Assembly: GCA_032718475.1 (NCBI GenBank)
Contig: JAUCBJ010003722.1
Span: forward strand, 1-53,610
Reading direction: 5' to 3'
Origin: Nemertoderma westbladi
Taxonomy: Eukaryota; Animalia; Xenacoelomorpha
Length of the DNA: 53,610 bases
In this document: positions 1 through 13,827 of the stretch, in pieces
How positions within the stretch are numbered: position 1 is the first letter of the stretch
Layout of the letters: each line of letters begins with the position of its first letter
Notes under the pieces: generated by a model
What the model saw: only the letters and a program-made list of their open reading frames with translations
Database searches by the model: none
Told to the model about the DNA's origin: nothing
Translations under genes and position numbers: made by a program

Positions 1-1151
1 GGGTGCCCGTAGCCCCCCCAACCCCCCCCCCCCCCCCCCCTTATGACTAGATTTTTATTTGTCATATAGCCTAATTGTACATAATTTTATGCTACCTACA
101 AAAAAAAGGAAAAATCGACCTTGCGGTAAACTACCTAATGACAGCATTATACAGCATATACACCCCATTCGCCTGCCTAAATGCACTGCTATACAGAAGT
201 CGCACTGAATGTAGAGTACACCCACGGCTGTAAGTTATTCTACCCCGAATAAAGTAGGTAGGTACTTTTTCAAAATAATTTTGCATCAAGAATTGCCTCT
301 AAGGCTTTGAAATATTTGGTACAGACCAAGGAATTGCGCTCTGTTTAAGTATTTCAAATTCCATCTTTCAAGAATTGAAAAAAAAAGATGGTTAAATAAT
401 AAATATTTTTCCGTATAATATATGGTATATATATATATATATAATGTATACTAATTGTTAATACCTACTCCGGTTCCCCAGATGTGCCCTAAACGCACAG
501 TTACTAGGCCTACTGTAATACCACACTTTGCTTTGTATGTACAGAACATCCACTGCTGTACATTATTTTACCACGTATAAAGAAGGTACTTTACATAATC
601 ATTTTGCTTCAAGGCACAGAAATAATTGGAGTTTACCAAGAAATTGCTCTTTGTAAGATGCTTCATGCCGGATGTCTCAAAAAGTCACCCATCTTCATTT
701 CTTTGAAGAAGGTAAATAATCGTCTTGCTTTATTTCAAATCATCATACGAATATGCTAATGAGGTTTCGCTGGTGATGACAACAGGGGATAATTCATGGG
801 GAAATTACTTAATGATGATGGAGATACAAATCAATAGTTGTCACACTAAAAGTTATAAAAAGATAAGTTTAACATTTTTGGTTAGCGATTAAGAATAAGC
901 AATCAGATGGATTTTTTTAATGATAAGAAGGAATGGAGAAACTATTAAGCTCAAAATTATAATAAGGTTATTTTATTTGCATACTTGTGTGTGAAGTTTA
1001 TAGAACATTATACATTTTGTATGCTATGATTGGTTTATTATACGGAGTGAGACCTGGGTTGACTTTTCTGTTGAAAACATTTTTTCTTATCGCAGAAAAT
1101 CTAGCACATCTGTGTCTACAGTTTTGGAAATCATACCATATAATGAAAAAT

Positions 1152-1385
1152 AACAAGCAAAACAAACAGTCGGCCGGAGCTGGAGGCGACCCGAAGGCTC
1201 ATCTTTTGATAGCTGCCACCCGAGGGAAGTGGTGGGCGCTACTCCTATACGTTTTGCTCTCAGTAATTTAACTGAGCCTCATTTTGTGACACCAAGGGGT
1301 GAAACCCTGAGTGGAATCTGGCGGGCTCGAAACTATAACCAATAGGTAACAGGCAAAACGCTCAACCAACTGAGCTACCCCACCT
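1152..1385 (-). mobile_element. tRNA-derived SINE (family A, copy 1)
   Basis: The minus strand starts with A-box-like GGTAGCTCAGTTGGTTGAGCG and B-box-like GTTTCGAGCC and ends in a (TTTG)-like tail. The body (cagtcggcc..ggaggcgacccgaaggctc..gatagctgc..ggtgggcgctactcctat) is shared with 19729-19958. Confidence 0.75.
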
Positions 1386-1499
1386 TCTTACAGTTATTTA
1401 CAAACACCCCACCGTCTTGCAGTTATTTACAAAGTACGCAAACAGATAATTTAGGTAAATCAGTTAATTTTCGTATATCTAATAGAGACACTTTCTTAT

Positions 1500-2553
1500 A
1501 TAAGCTCTCATGCTGCGCGAATGCTCCTCAACATGTTAATTAGTTGTATCTGTATTTAAAGAAATATTTATTTGCTGTAGATTCGTGGATCACATTAAGG
1601 TTAGGGATTTTGACTAGAGTTTCTACCCCTGATGCGATTTAATAGAATCCTATTGTATAGCTTTGCAGCAATTGAGATCAATGGGATTCCTCAAAAAGAT
1701 CCATGTTAGGTTGCCCTTCTTGGGAACAGGCACCAACTTATTTGTTTTCATTTCTTGTAGGACTCTTGTTGTTCTGTACATATCTACTATGATGGGATTG
1801 ATGAGCTTTAAACACTTATTAACGTATTTTAAAGACCTCAGGGGGAACAGCATCTACTCCACTGGCACGATTGGTCTTAATGCTCTTTGCAGCAGCCTTC
1901 ACTTCTGCAAAGGAAATATCGCCAATGGGAATATCTGGGAGTACAGACTCAAACACTTTTACTTATATAAAGTTATTGGGCAATACCCTGTCATTATTGA
2001 GGAGATTTTCAAAGTGCGCCTTCCAACCATTGAGGCGAACGGCTGGTGATTCAGCCTTATCCTTGGTGGTTGGTTGGCTTTTCCGCCTAGTAAGCAAGTT
2101 GATCGATTTCCATGCCTGGGATGATATGATTGCCTGCTGTCGTCAGCCTCATTGATGGCATCAACCTGTTGGTTTATAAGCTCCTGTACATTAACAGAGT
2201 ACTGCCTGTTCAGGGACCTAGATGCAGCCTTAACTGCATTCTTGGCCGCTGTAGTCTTTTTGATTCGGGACTCTTTCTGCGCCTTATTGAGGTTTATTTC
2301 GGCACTTTTGAATTTTGTGGTCAGTCCAGGGGGCCCTTTTCCTGTTTCGGGGGTATACAGGAACTGTTTCTGCAGCTGCTAACTTAACTGCTTCTGTTCT
2401 GTGAAGGCAGTATAGCCCTCGCTGTGATCTGCCGCCTCAGAGGCAAGAACCTCATACCTGTTGCTCAGCTGTAGAGTGAAGCTGGATCTCACACTTGGCT
2501 GTTGGAACAGAGAGGACCAGTCATGCCGCGGCAAGGCAGATTTCGTTGTTCTG
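1500..2553 (-). mobile_element. Degraded RTE-clade LINE ORF2 fragment (linker and start of RT)
   Basis: Minus-strand peptides LQLSNRYEVL and KTNKLVPVPKKGNL..PIDL..KAI are typical of RTE-like RT N-termini. The region has stops and frameshifts. Confidence 0.65.
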
Positions 2554-2554
2554 C

Positions 2555-3800
2555 TAGCTCGCTGAAAGACTAAGTCTTACCTTGGCCACAATAAGGATTA
2601 TTAAGAGTGGACTGGTGAGTGAGCTGCAGTAATTATGATACGGTAGAACGCAAGTTTTGTAGATTAGAAGTTTAGTTTTGACATTTGTTTTGTTTTGACC
2701 ATTAATTTGCCAAAGAAGTGATTGTGAGGTAGACATTTTCGAGATAATTGTTTTTATGTTTTCTAATTGGTGGTCAATTATTACGCCAAGGTATTTAACA
2801 TTTTTGTATTGGGGCATTGTTTTGTTATTTAGCGATAGTGAAATTAATTCAAGTTCTCTGAACTTTAATTAATTTCAATTCTCACTACATTGCGGAATAA
2901 ATTGCGAGTGAGAACTCAGTAAAAATGCAGTCTTCTAATCTGTGTTTAATTTCAAGCCTAACTGTGAAAGCTTACTAAGATGGAAAATATTTTTTATATT
3001 TCAATAATTTGTTGTTCACTTAGTAGATGTGCTGCGTGTTTCGGGTTTTTGCTAGTCACCTTCGCATTGTATTATTTAATGCATCTAAGTCGATGATTAA
3101 GTGTGGTATTCCTCCTCTGTCTGAAATTTTCCTGTTTGATATTAGTGTAGGAGAGAGTTGAACTGATTTTAAGTAATTTTCTTGCTGGAGTGTGGAAAAC
3201 AGTTCTGTGAGTTTTGTAGTAAGATGTCATGGTGAAGGGAGCTGAATGCCTTTGCGACGTCAGGCATTGGTTAGAGCAACGTTTTAGTTATTATGTGGAG
3301 ATATTGTTTCCATGGAGATTAGTGTTTTCTTTCTAAAGACAAATTATTTACAGTTATTAATGTATTAATTATATATACATTATATGTCATATACATTAAT
3401 GATATTTATTAATCTATATTTGTTATAAACTTATATTGCTATTTGTTCATATATGATTTCTTCGAAGTGTTTTAAGTGACTGAAATAGGGCGGTAATTTG
3501 TTCGGTCACATTTTTTTTAGATTGGATGTTATGATGTTATTCAGTTTGTTTGGGAATCTCGATGTGGTCAGTGATGCGTTAGTTATATAGGTTAGAGGGA
3601 TAATAAATTTTGTTGTTGAGTTTTAAAATTTTAGGTGGTAATTGCAATGGTCCTAATGTTTTATTTATATTAATTTCGTTGATATACATGTATTTGATTC
3701 GAGTGGACAAGTTTCATGATGCGCCACCTAGCGGGTTCGGAAGTTTCTTTTATAAAGGTTTCTGGACAATGTTACATCTATTATTGTATACGACATTTTT
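2555..3800 (-). mobile_element. Heavily decayed Jockey/I-like LINE RT remnant
   Basis: Minus-strand motifs PDVAKAF (about 3245-3268), VKYLGVIID and KLLIYKTCVLPY..YCS (ORF 2554-2817). Confidence 0.6.
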
Positions 3801-4139
3801 CTTGATGCAGTTATTAATCAACATATTATACCAACTGAGCTGGCCCAACATTTCGAGTAGAAGAACACAGAGACACTCAAACAGACCAGCCATTCACCTA
3901 AACCGTACCCGAGACAGGAAACCCCCTCTATTAACACGCAACTAAATATGATATTTATTGGTTGGTAGAATATCGTTTAACTTTCACTTTGGGTCCATTT
4001 CTCCAAACTATTTGGTGACGATTGATATCTGAATATTAAAATTAATGTTAATTAATTATTTATTTCGTGACATATATAATTATTTAGCAAGTCGTTAGCA
4101 TTTAGCATCGTTAGCATTACTGTAAGAAAAAAAAGCTAC

Positions 4140-4530
4140 TGGCTACTGACCTAGAGCAAATTTTGCATGGACCAAGAAAATAGATTTCTAAGGGTACTTG
4201 TGAAATCGCGGTTTAAATTGAAACATCTCAACTTGTTTTATTTCGAAAAATAGCCCCAAAACACGAAAATTGCCATAGGCGCAATGATAAAACACCAGCT
4301 GGCACTCATGAAAAATGTATAGAGATGGCCTGGTAATGCATTCAATAGGAAGGGCAACTAACAAAGAAGTACTTTCTCTGCCAAGTTGTATTATTATCAC
4401 TCTATTCTACAACCCAGACAGTAATCAAACAAAACATTAACTGGTTTAGCTGGCTATTACAGTCTCAGCTGAATAACTCTTCCCAATGCATCCTTGCTAT
4501 ATTAATTAATTGGCGTGCAAGCTAAATGGC
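4140..4530. repeat. Diverged copy of the MITE-like repeat at 23013-23453
   Basis: Shares collinear blocks (aacaccagctg..actcatga; agaagta..tgccaa..tcactctat; cagctgaata..cttccca.tg.atcc) with 23080-23330. Confidence 0.5.
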
Positions 4531-5168
4531 TGTTAGTTAAAAAGTGTGTTGGCTACACAGTGTATTGTACTATGCTCTCATCGCATTATTGTTTTATTTT
4601 GAAATTTTTGTGCCAACATTAATACTATGGAGGCTGTATGCTTATAAGGCTGAATAATTACTCAGCCTCAAAATGATTCTCCATAAGGCTAACATTATAG
4701 TTTGAAATATAAAAATCTGTTATAATAATAATATAATTGTTACATTTAATTAATATCATGGTTTACATTGAACAGTGTAAATTGTTAATCGCGGTTTACA
4801 TTGAAACATCTCAACTTGTTTTATTTATTACAAAAATAAGAACGAATTTGTCTATCACTTCTTGTGCGCGATTGTATTGAATTCATGACAACTGCTGTTA
4901 TTATTATTAATCAATTGACACCTCGACTCCTCTCTGAGACTCCGACTACTCTATCCTATAGAACAAAATAACCATTTCGCTAACTGCTCTCTATCTTCGA
5001 TAATCACAACAGCTTTTATAATTCATTAGATGATTACAACATAATAATTATAGTTTGAAGTTGTCTAGAAAATTTCTCGTACACCACCGGGACTACCCTC
5101 ACGCTAATTGATTATCAGTCAGAAAAAAAGCTTTTACTTGACTCGTACTGTCTCCTACGACTTGCTTC

Positions 5169-5192
5169 ACGGGCCGCTAGGCCCGTCTCTAG
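5169..5192 (+). mobile_element. Possible Helitron 3' terminus
   Basis: GC-rich hairpin ACGGGC-cgctag-GCCCGT followed closely by CTAG and T. No 5' TC end was identified. Confidence 0.4.
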
Positions 5193-5730
5193 TTAGTTAG
5201 TTAATTAATCGACTCAATAATGTATTAGCAACGTGGCCTCTACATAGATAGATACCGGTACCAGTCATTCAGTTAGTGTGTGCAGTTTTTCGGTAAATCT
5301 GTTTGCTCTTTACATTATAGCCCGGTCGGTTGAAAGCTAGCTAGATCTATTGTTCATTTTATTTTCTCCATGCACTGCACAATAGTAATAATGATTGATG
5401 AAAGCGCTTCTATATTTCTCCTGAACTGGGTTTAGTCAATTTTGAGAAAACATATGATATATAAAACATAACTTTTGTGAAAGAAAAATGATATATTTTT
5501 GAGTGAATTCTCAACTGTTATGTATTATATGAATCGAGATAATACCGAAAAGTAATCGTATTACATTTATTGACACAAATTTATTGATAATCGTGTGTCT
5601 GCGGCCGAAACACCGAAATATTATACTTCAATATTCATATCATTAAATTATGTTATACTCAACACGTGGGCTATATGGAAATCGATGCATTACTTAATTT
5701 AATATAATATATAATATAATATAATATTAA

Positions 5731-6007
5731 AGGTTCCACCTTGGTGTAGTGGTTGCATTGAATTCACATCTCCTATAGGTCGTGGGTTCGATCCTCACAT
5801 GGGCCAGGGCAGTTTTCATTTCGGCACGAATGCTTTAAAGGCATCCCTGCCTTACTTCCTTAATTAATTGGTAGCTAAATGAGTACTAGAGTTTCCTCTG
5901 GGAGTAAAGTTCTTGGGGGACCGCACTGGAAGGAAATAAGTCGTCAAAATTTGTGCGTAATCCCTGATCTAACGGCTGAAGAAATTTACTTTACTTTTTA
6001 CTTTTAC
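5731..6007 (+). mobile_element. Full-length tRNA-derived SINE (family B) with 13-bp TSD
   Basis: A box TGGTGTAGTGG, B box GGTTCGATCC and a (TTTAC)n-like tail. Flanking direct repeat AATATAATATTAA at 5718-5730 and 6008-6020. Confidence 0.8.
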
Positions 6008-6851
6008 AATATAATATTAATTAAAAACATTTAATGTCATTGTCATCATCAACATGTAAAACATTCAATGGGGGGGGAGGGGGGGGGGGTCAATATCACC
6101 CCCCCCCCCCCCTCCCCCCATTTGTTACATCTCTGAAACAAACGCAGTTGGGAATCTGAAATTTTACTTTTGTTATAAATCTACATTGTCTTCCTAGTAG
6201 TGAAAACGGTTTTAAAAATATTGGGAAGTTTTCGAGTTATAGCACCATCTTTTAACCCTACTTTTGGCACTTTTTTGAGACTTTACAAAATTACATTTCT
6301 TGAATATGATTTGAACATCTCTATTTTTTATTTAGACCGTTTTTTCGGTGTTCGCAATGAGATGGAATTCATATAAATAAGTTATAAATTTCACACTTGT
6401 TTTTTCGCCGTGTGCCAAATTTTCGGTGCCAGCACCAAATTTTTAAATATGCCATTTGGTAAATTGATAGTTTGAACCTGTTTTTTAACACAATAGGGAT
6501 TATTTCGGGTTCTGGTTTGGATAGAATATATACGAGTTGCACAAGGCATATCAAACTTGTATTTTTCGGTGCAAAACTTTTTTTTGTGTGCAAAATTTGG
6601 TGCCAGAACGAAATTTTAAAAATCCATTTAATAGTTAAATTGCTTGTGACGACTTATTTCTCGAATTTTAAAGGTTTATGGTGGCTCTGAATTAAATGGA
6701 ATAAATAATTATCTAACTAGACATCTAAACTTTATTTTTCAGAAGTGGATGCAAAATATGGTGCTAGCACCAACATTTTGAAACCCATAAAATATTTCAA
6801 ATTTATTGTGTCACCTTGTTTCTTGCGTTATACGGGTTTGTGGGGGTTCTG

Positions 6852-8588
6852 CAGCTGGTTCCACCAACTCTCACTAACAAGTTAGTGCCACTAACCGCTT
6901 AGGGTGGTGTTAGTGGCACTAAGAAAAGTGGCACTTACTTTAACTGTCCCACCACGACCACTAACACTAGCCCTATGCTTAGTGGCACTTACTGCCTCCC
7001 TAAAAGCCGCACTAAGCTTAATTTATTTCAAACAAAGCTGTTTCCTGGGTGATTTATCATAATCATTAAAAATACTGCAGGTACTGTAGATGGCATATTG
7101 GCTGGAAGTGAGTTCTACCATACGTGGATACATGTTATTTGCCGTGATTTATAATTACTAAGATTATCAATACGAAGTATATTTTGCTGCTCATGGTGCA
7201 GGTGTTCGAGGAGAAATAACGGGTTATGCATTATATGTTTTATATTAAAACTCAAGGACTGTATAATAAATTAATTACTAATAGAACTAAAATATAAAAT
7301 ATGATTTATTTTTGTAAAAATACCTTACCACCCACCTGGCCCTCCGCTGGCATTGGTGCTGAATATTGTAGAACCAGTTCTACATTTGCACAAAGAACCA
7401 AAAGTGACCTGCGGCGAAGTGGCAGTGCGGCGAGGTGACCAGCACCCTTTTGTGAATATGTTAAATTGACAATGGAATTTAATTAATTAAACGAAACCAA
7501 AAAACATTTATAAATATGAGAGTACATAAATAAGTTTATTGATCGTACGGAATATTCATAATATTTACAGAATAATATAAAATACTGCTTGGATATTGAG
7601 CGATTTGTGGCCTTTGCGGTCCATAAATACAATTCACGTTGCTTTTCCGACTGGTACCACAACATGGGTACAGTCCAATGCACCCACTATACCAGGCATT
7701 CCTGTCAATCCCAAAGCTCTCCTGTGTCCTACACTTTTGGTCCCCTTCTGGGAACGATATGAATTTGTCAATGTTTGCAACTATATTTGGGATTAACCAG
7801 ATTGCTCGACAGGCGCTGGACTTGGCCACACCGAAACAATAACCGGTGGTAATGGGCAGTTCTTAGAAGAAGCGAAGCAAGACAACCAACCCATCTCTAA
7901 ATTCTTCTAGGAGAGACCTGACAGATTCCTTGTCAAACCTGTAACGCTGATAAAATTCAACGTCATTGTAGACCTGGAAAGGGTTAAATCTGTCCAAAAT
8001 CCGCTGTTATGGCATTTCGTATTGTCGTCGACGAGATTCATATAATATCAACTGACGAGCCGTCATCCTAATCATATATAAATGGATTTCCTTTATTATT
8101 TTTTGTGTTAATATGGGGGCGAAATAATAGACACCTCCGAAAATAAAAAAAAACAATGTAGTAAAGTGTATAAAGTAAAATGTATGCATGTAATGCAAAG
8201 TGGAAATAATGTGTGTAAAGTGGGTGTACAGTACATACAGTATGATAGGGTTCAATCAAAACAAATGAAATATATTTGTAATCAATCGCAAGTAATAATA
8301 TCCGACCAACAAAAGTAAATTCAGCAGTTAGTGTAGCTTTTAGGGATATCTAGAGGTCCCTAAGCAAATCGCACTAACGTGTTAGTGGCACTTACAGTTA
8401 GTGAGCTTGGTGGAACAGGCTAAGTGATAAGGGTGGCTCAGGTTAGTGGCACTAAGCAGTTAGCACTAACACTAAGCGGTTAGTGAGAGTTGGTGGAACA
8501 GGCTAAGTCATAAGGGTGGCTCAGCTTAGTGGTACTAAGCAGTTAGCACTAACACTAAGCGGTTAGTGAGAGTTGGTGGAACCGGCTG
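6852..8588 (-). mobile_element. PIF/Harbinger DNA transposon, internally deleted
   Basis: TIRs CAGCTGGTTCCACCAACTCTCACTAAC / GTTAGTGAGAGTTGGTGGAACCGGCTG. 3-bp TSD CTG at 6849-6851 and 8589-8591. Subterminal ttagtggcact/cactaac repeats and a transposase remnant inside. Confidence 0.9.
7570..8066 (-). pseudogene. Harbinger (HARBI1-like) DDE transposase N-terminal fragment
   Basis: Minus strand reads EFYQRYRFDK, GVAKSSACRAI and GMPGIVGALDCTHVVVP (first catalytic Asp motif), with frameshifts and stops. Confidence 0.85.
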
Positions 8589-10629
8589 CTGAATTCAATG
8601 GAATAAGTAAATATTTATAAGAGTTCTCAATTTTTTAGTTTTCGTCTTTGGGTGAAAATTTTTGTTAAAAATTTTTCAAAATAAGCAAATTGATCAATAG
8701 ATAATATCATATTGTTTCTTGCGTTATACGGGTTATGAGGGACCTGAATCCGATGGAATCAATAAAAACTGCATTGGACATCGCAAACTTGTACTTTTTG
8801 GTAATGGGTACGAAATTTGGTGCTAGATCCAAAATTTGCCATATTACGACGAAAAATACGAGTAGCAATGATCTCTGGAAAATTATAAATGTATTCAGTT
8901 AAAATCAGAGCCCCAGAAAACCTCAAAATGTGAAATTATACTGTAGCATCCAACAAGTCAATTAAACTGTTTTATGTTGAAATCAATATGCTTGTTATTT
9001 ATTTTTTTTTATTTTTTGCAGGACTACTTTTTGTAGGACTAAAACTGCCATTTATAGTAATCAGATAATTTTTAAATATCTCCCAATGGATTCAGCTCCC
9101 CAGAAAACCTGTATTGAAAAAAGATTAGATGAAAATTGTAACTTCCAAATTTTTTTAAAATTTATTGTTTAACACCTCTTGAAAATTTGGTGCTCCAAAA
9201 TGACCACCCCAGTAAATATTTTCGAAATTTTTTTTGTTCCGATTCAGACGAGTGAAATCTACGTACAAACAAAAAATCAGACATTGTTGTTAAAGTTTGT
9301 CTAAAATCGGAATCTCGTATTTATTTATACAATATTTTATAACCCGGTACTAATAGGGTTAAAGACTATAATTTCACTGCAATAATATAAAAAAAACTAT
9401 TACAATATCTTGGCTTCAAACAGTATCATATTGCAAATGTGTATTTGGAATGCTTATGAAATAACATCTACAGTTTCTATCACTTGTCCCTGAGTATGCA
9501 TTATCTATATTTCCTCACATCTACATATGTTTGCAATAGCGCGTGACTCCAAGCTAATGCATTTATAAAATACAGGATATGCTGCTATACCTGCTTGCTT
9601 AACGAAGACGAAGTAGAATGGATGGCCTATCTATCCAATGTTGACGACAAATAGTTCACGTTCTGAGAATACTTACGTCCAGGATGGCACAGGAAAAATA
9701 ATCGCATGTAAATCTATTAATAATATCATAGAAACACGCACGTTTCATATTCCATTCATCAGTATATGCATGACTGCAAAATTAAGTATTCCATCAAATC
9801 CCCTATGACGGACCCAGCCAAAGAACATTATATAGAAACATCAGCTTATCGACAACCGCAACTGTTAGGGCGTCTCCGCCGCCACTCGTGAGAGACATGC
9901 CCCACGACACGTCTCCATTATTAGTCTTTGTTAAGTGCTATTCAGAATAACTTTAAATATATAATCTTTTCAGCGGGGTTCACTTTCACCGCGATGTATC
10001 ATCTGTATAATTATAGATAGGTAGATTGAGCAGAACATGATAGACATTTATTTTTATTAAATTACACTGATTTGCCCAGTAACCATAGTAACTATAGTTA
10101 TCACTAAATTATTCAAACTGTGATGATAGTAAGGTAATGAATGGCCCCCCACCCATTAATGTCACAGCAAAATGTTGATTGTGATTGATACTGGTGGCTT
10201 GCGATCTTCCCCGCGGATATCCTGCTAACAAGCTGGAAAGCTTCCTGTCTTCTTTCCAATTACATTACCAAGTTTAATTTGGGGATACTTTGAATGCAAA
10301 CAGGAGATTTCCTGCGTTAATTCGACTTGTCGCATAACTCAACCCACGTTACATCCTAAATATCAAATAATAAAACCATTATGTCCCTTGGGAGTGGGTG
10401 AGGTAAAAAATAAAGTTTATTCGGTTATTCGGTCAATGAATACACACAAAGTCAGACTACTTATTTCCTAAAGCCCCCCCCCCCCCCCCCCTGGCCTAAA
10501 ACTACTAAAACTGCCCTGGCCCCCATAGGGAGATTGAACCCATGACCTCCGGATATACGCATTTTTAAATATTGTGTACGACCATCCCATAGGGGACAAG
10601 AATATTCGAGAATAGGCCACACAAAGGAG

Positions 10630-11937
10630 ATGTATATCACTGAAATGGGCCTTTTGCTCTTTTATTCAGCAGCTCGCAGAAGGTTAAGTCTAGTCTTTGT
10701 ATTGTCAATTATATTATTATTGTGTGAGTTCCACTTTAAGTTATTTTGAATTGTCACACCAAGTTGCTTGTGTTCGAAAACGATGAGGGCATCTTTTAGA
10801 ATGTAGAAGTACAGTAGCTGTGTATGTGTACCCTGTCAGTGCGTATTTGTCAAATTCTATGTTCCACCCCGACCAACCAAGCCTTTAGTGAACCTAATAA
10901 TACAATCTGTTAATACACTAACATTCGGGTCCCCAATGCGACAAGGTGAGCTGGTTGCCTTCGCAGATGAGATTTGCCTTAGCTCAGTGGGTGTTCAACA
11001 GCACGGAGTTCAGACTTGGCAGATTGACGAGGTTTGACGGTATTTGGCGACTTGCCACTAGAGTTCAAGTCCTCATGCAGACCAAAACAATTATTTATCA
11101 AGTTGCTCCCACATTACCGATTCTTTTTAGATAGGCCTTTTTCATATACCTATTTAAAATATAAGGTGATTCCACCACTGTATCGCTCGGCACATCTGTG
11201 TTTGTGTTTACGATATTGAGACCACTGGTTATATCCAGGAATTGTTATACTCGATTTATGGTTAGGTCCCAACCACGTCTCTACGAAATTTTTGATACCA
11301 ATTCTAATACTATTAGTAACCTCTGCACTGAGGAGATCCTGTGAATAAAATGAAACATTACCTGCAGTTATTATCTACGCAGATTACTAAGAATTTAGTG
11401 CTATTTGTAAGTGTTATATTTTGGTTGTTAATTTTTAATCTGGTTATGTCCTGGGGGGATTTTTTACTACGTTTAAAAATACAGTGGTTTCAGTTTTTTT
11501 TTAGATTTAGTGATAGACGATTTTCAATCAGCGAATCATCAATGTTGTTTAGTTCAGAATTAATATTTTTAGTCTCTCCTGATAGAATGTTACACTCATT
11601 GGGTGCACCTACAGTATGACAATGTTTGAAACATTACCATGGCTACTTACTAATACTTAGTTCACCAGAATTATATATGACAGTTATGCGGTTGGGTGGT
11701 ACAGCAGAAATAATATTCGAAACATTACTATAACTTTGGCCTAATGACAGTAGCACTGAGTTGATGAGGCGCATATTAGCTAGTTTGTCGACCACCTCGT
11801 ACAGTCTAATTAATATTGGGCAGTTGGTATAATTCCCTTCCGATTACTTGCGTCTCATCAAGAAGTAAGCGATTGCTGCCCAGTTGGCTTCCCACGCTAG
11901 TTTGGATAGCATATCCCGGGGGGTATGCAACTCTTGT
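10630..11937 (-). mobile_element. Old LINE: end of ORF1 plus decayed APE endonuclease
   Basis: Minus strand reads ETWLGP...IPGYN...RYSGGITLYFK (about 11155-11290) and EDLNS (GDFN-like). The ORF1 tail PQELHTPRDMLSKLAW starts near 11940. Confidence 0.75.
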
Positions 11938-11941
11938 GGAA

Positions 11942-13827
11942 TAGATAGATAGATTTATTTATACATTATGTAAAAACAATAACAAATACACCAAACAATG
12001 TACCGGTATAAAGGTATTGTCCAACATAACATATAGGATTACCCCTAAAGCTTTGCAGCTTATTTCCAAGGGGGTCCTTTATGTTACTTGGTTACAAATA
12101 CAATATTACACTACGCTAACCTAAAACCAATATAAAACGTAATTACACTATGTACATGTACAACTTTACCGAGAGCGTGACAATGCCCGACTCAACGGTA
12201 AAGATGTAATGTACAGAACAATTTATTATAAAACGTAATTACAGTATAAATAGTAAATAATTAATAAACTAATAACTTACTGTAGGACTATTGTACCTAT
12301 TTTTACATTGCACACGGAGGTGAGATTTAACTGCAGATTTAAAAGAATGTTGATTATTTAGGTTTTTAATTTCATTAGGCAGAGCGTTCCAATTTTTTAT
12401 GCCGTTAAAAAAGAAAGTATCAGATTCAAAGGATTTACAATTCGGGAGGTAGAAGTTTGAAGCACTAGCTCTGGTACTGTAAGAGTGTGTATCGCGTACT
12501 CTGTTGAATTTTTGTTTTAGGTAATTGGGACATTTACCATTATACACTTTATGCACATGGTTAAGGCGTAGCTGCTTAACTCTACTATCTAAGTTAAGTA
12601 GTCCAGATTCAGAAAAGTCATCTGGAGTTAGGTGGTGCCTAGGTTTGTAGTCTTTAATAAATCGTACTACTTTATTCTGAGCTACTTGTAATTTACATTT
12701 AAGCTGTTTGGTTAAGCCTTCATACCAAGAAGAGCACGCATAGTCCATGTGACACTGTATTAAAGAAGAGCAAAGTAACTTGCGGGAGTCGGTGTTCAAA
12801 CTATTTTTATTTCTGTATAGAAACCTAAGCCTACTGTTAACTTTCGAGAAAATATTTTTCACTGTACTTTCTCCTGATAAGCAGTTATCCAATGTGGCGC
12901 CTAAATATTTAACTTCCTTTTTATTTTCAATCTTATGTCCATTACTAGTGACTTCAAACTTAGTTACCTTCTTTAACTTTCTTTTGGAACCAAACAAAAT
13001 ACTTTCAGTTTTACCGTAGTGAATGGATAGCTTATTATCAACCAACCACTCATTACAGGATTCTAGAACTGCACTTAACTTTTGGGAAATATGGATAGGA
13101 TCTTTATGAGAGAAAATAAGAGCACTGTCGTCGGCATATAAAATGAGTTTAAAATCGGGATCTATACTACTTATCATATCATTTACATAGCATACAAAAA
13201 GCAGAGGACCTAATATACTACCTTGCGGTACACCACAGGTAATCTCTTGTACAGTAGACAGCGATTTGCTAATGACTACACTTTGACCTCTGTCTGACAG
13301 GTAGGACTTGAACCAGTCTATAGAACCTACACCCATCAGGCCTAACTTACCAAGCAGAATTTCGTGATCTACAGTATCGAAAGCCTTTTGTAGGTCCAAC
13401 ATTACCATACCAGTATATAAACCCTTTGCGTTATTACATCTAATTGTATCAGTTAAGTTAATAAGGCAGGTGTCTGTAGAATATGATTTACGAAAACCGG
13501 ACTGAAGTTCATAGATCAGATTTAGCCTACTAAGATGTGCCTCCAGCTGTAGAAAAACAGAACGTTCTAAAATTTTAGATACAATACTTAAGATACTAAC
13601 AGGTCTGTAATTACAGGGTTCTACTTTACTATTCTTTTTATACAGAGGAACAACCTTAGCTAATTTCAGTTCGTCTGGTACTACATTATCTACGATAGAG
13701 TAATTAATAATAAAAGTAATAGGCACTTTAAGTACTTCAGCACCATCCTTAAGAAAACGGGCAGGTATTAGGTCTAGACCGGTACTTTTTGAGGCTGATA
13801 GGCTAAGTAGATTTTTAAAAACGAAAA
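11942..13827 (-). mobile_element. Young 5'-truncated CR1/L2-group LINE with (ATCT)n tail
   Basis: Intact RT ORF, about 330 bp of 3' UTR and an atagatagatagat tail. GGAA at 11938-11941 and 13828-13831 is a candidate TSD. A near-identical copy lies at 35451-37545. Confidence 0.92.
12269..13827 (-). CDS. Non-LTR retrotransposon reverse transcriptase (ORF2, 5'-truncated)
   Basis: About 520 uninterrupted codons with [38 protein letters not shown] and YLG motifs. Confidence 0.93.

Noticed and set aside
5735-5810. tRNA gene
   Set aside because: It has A and B boxes but no convincing cloverleaf, and it continues into a SINE body with tail and TSD.
6252-9362. piggyBac-type element (TTAA-CCCTA...TAGGG-TTAA) hosting the Harbinger
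   Set aside because: The terminal match extends only about 5 bp beyond TTAA, which is insufficient to call TIRs.
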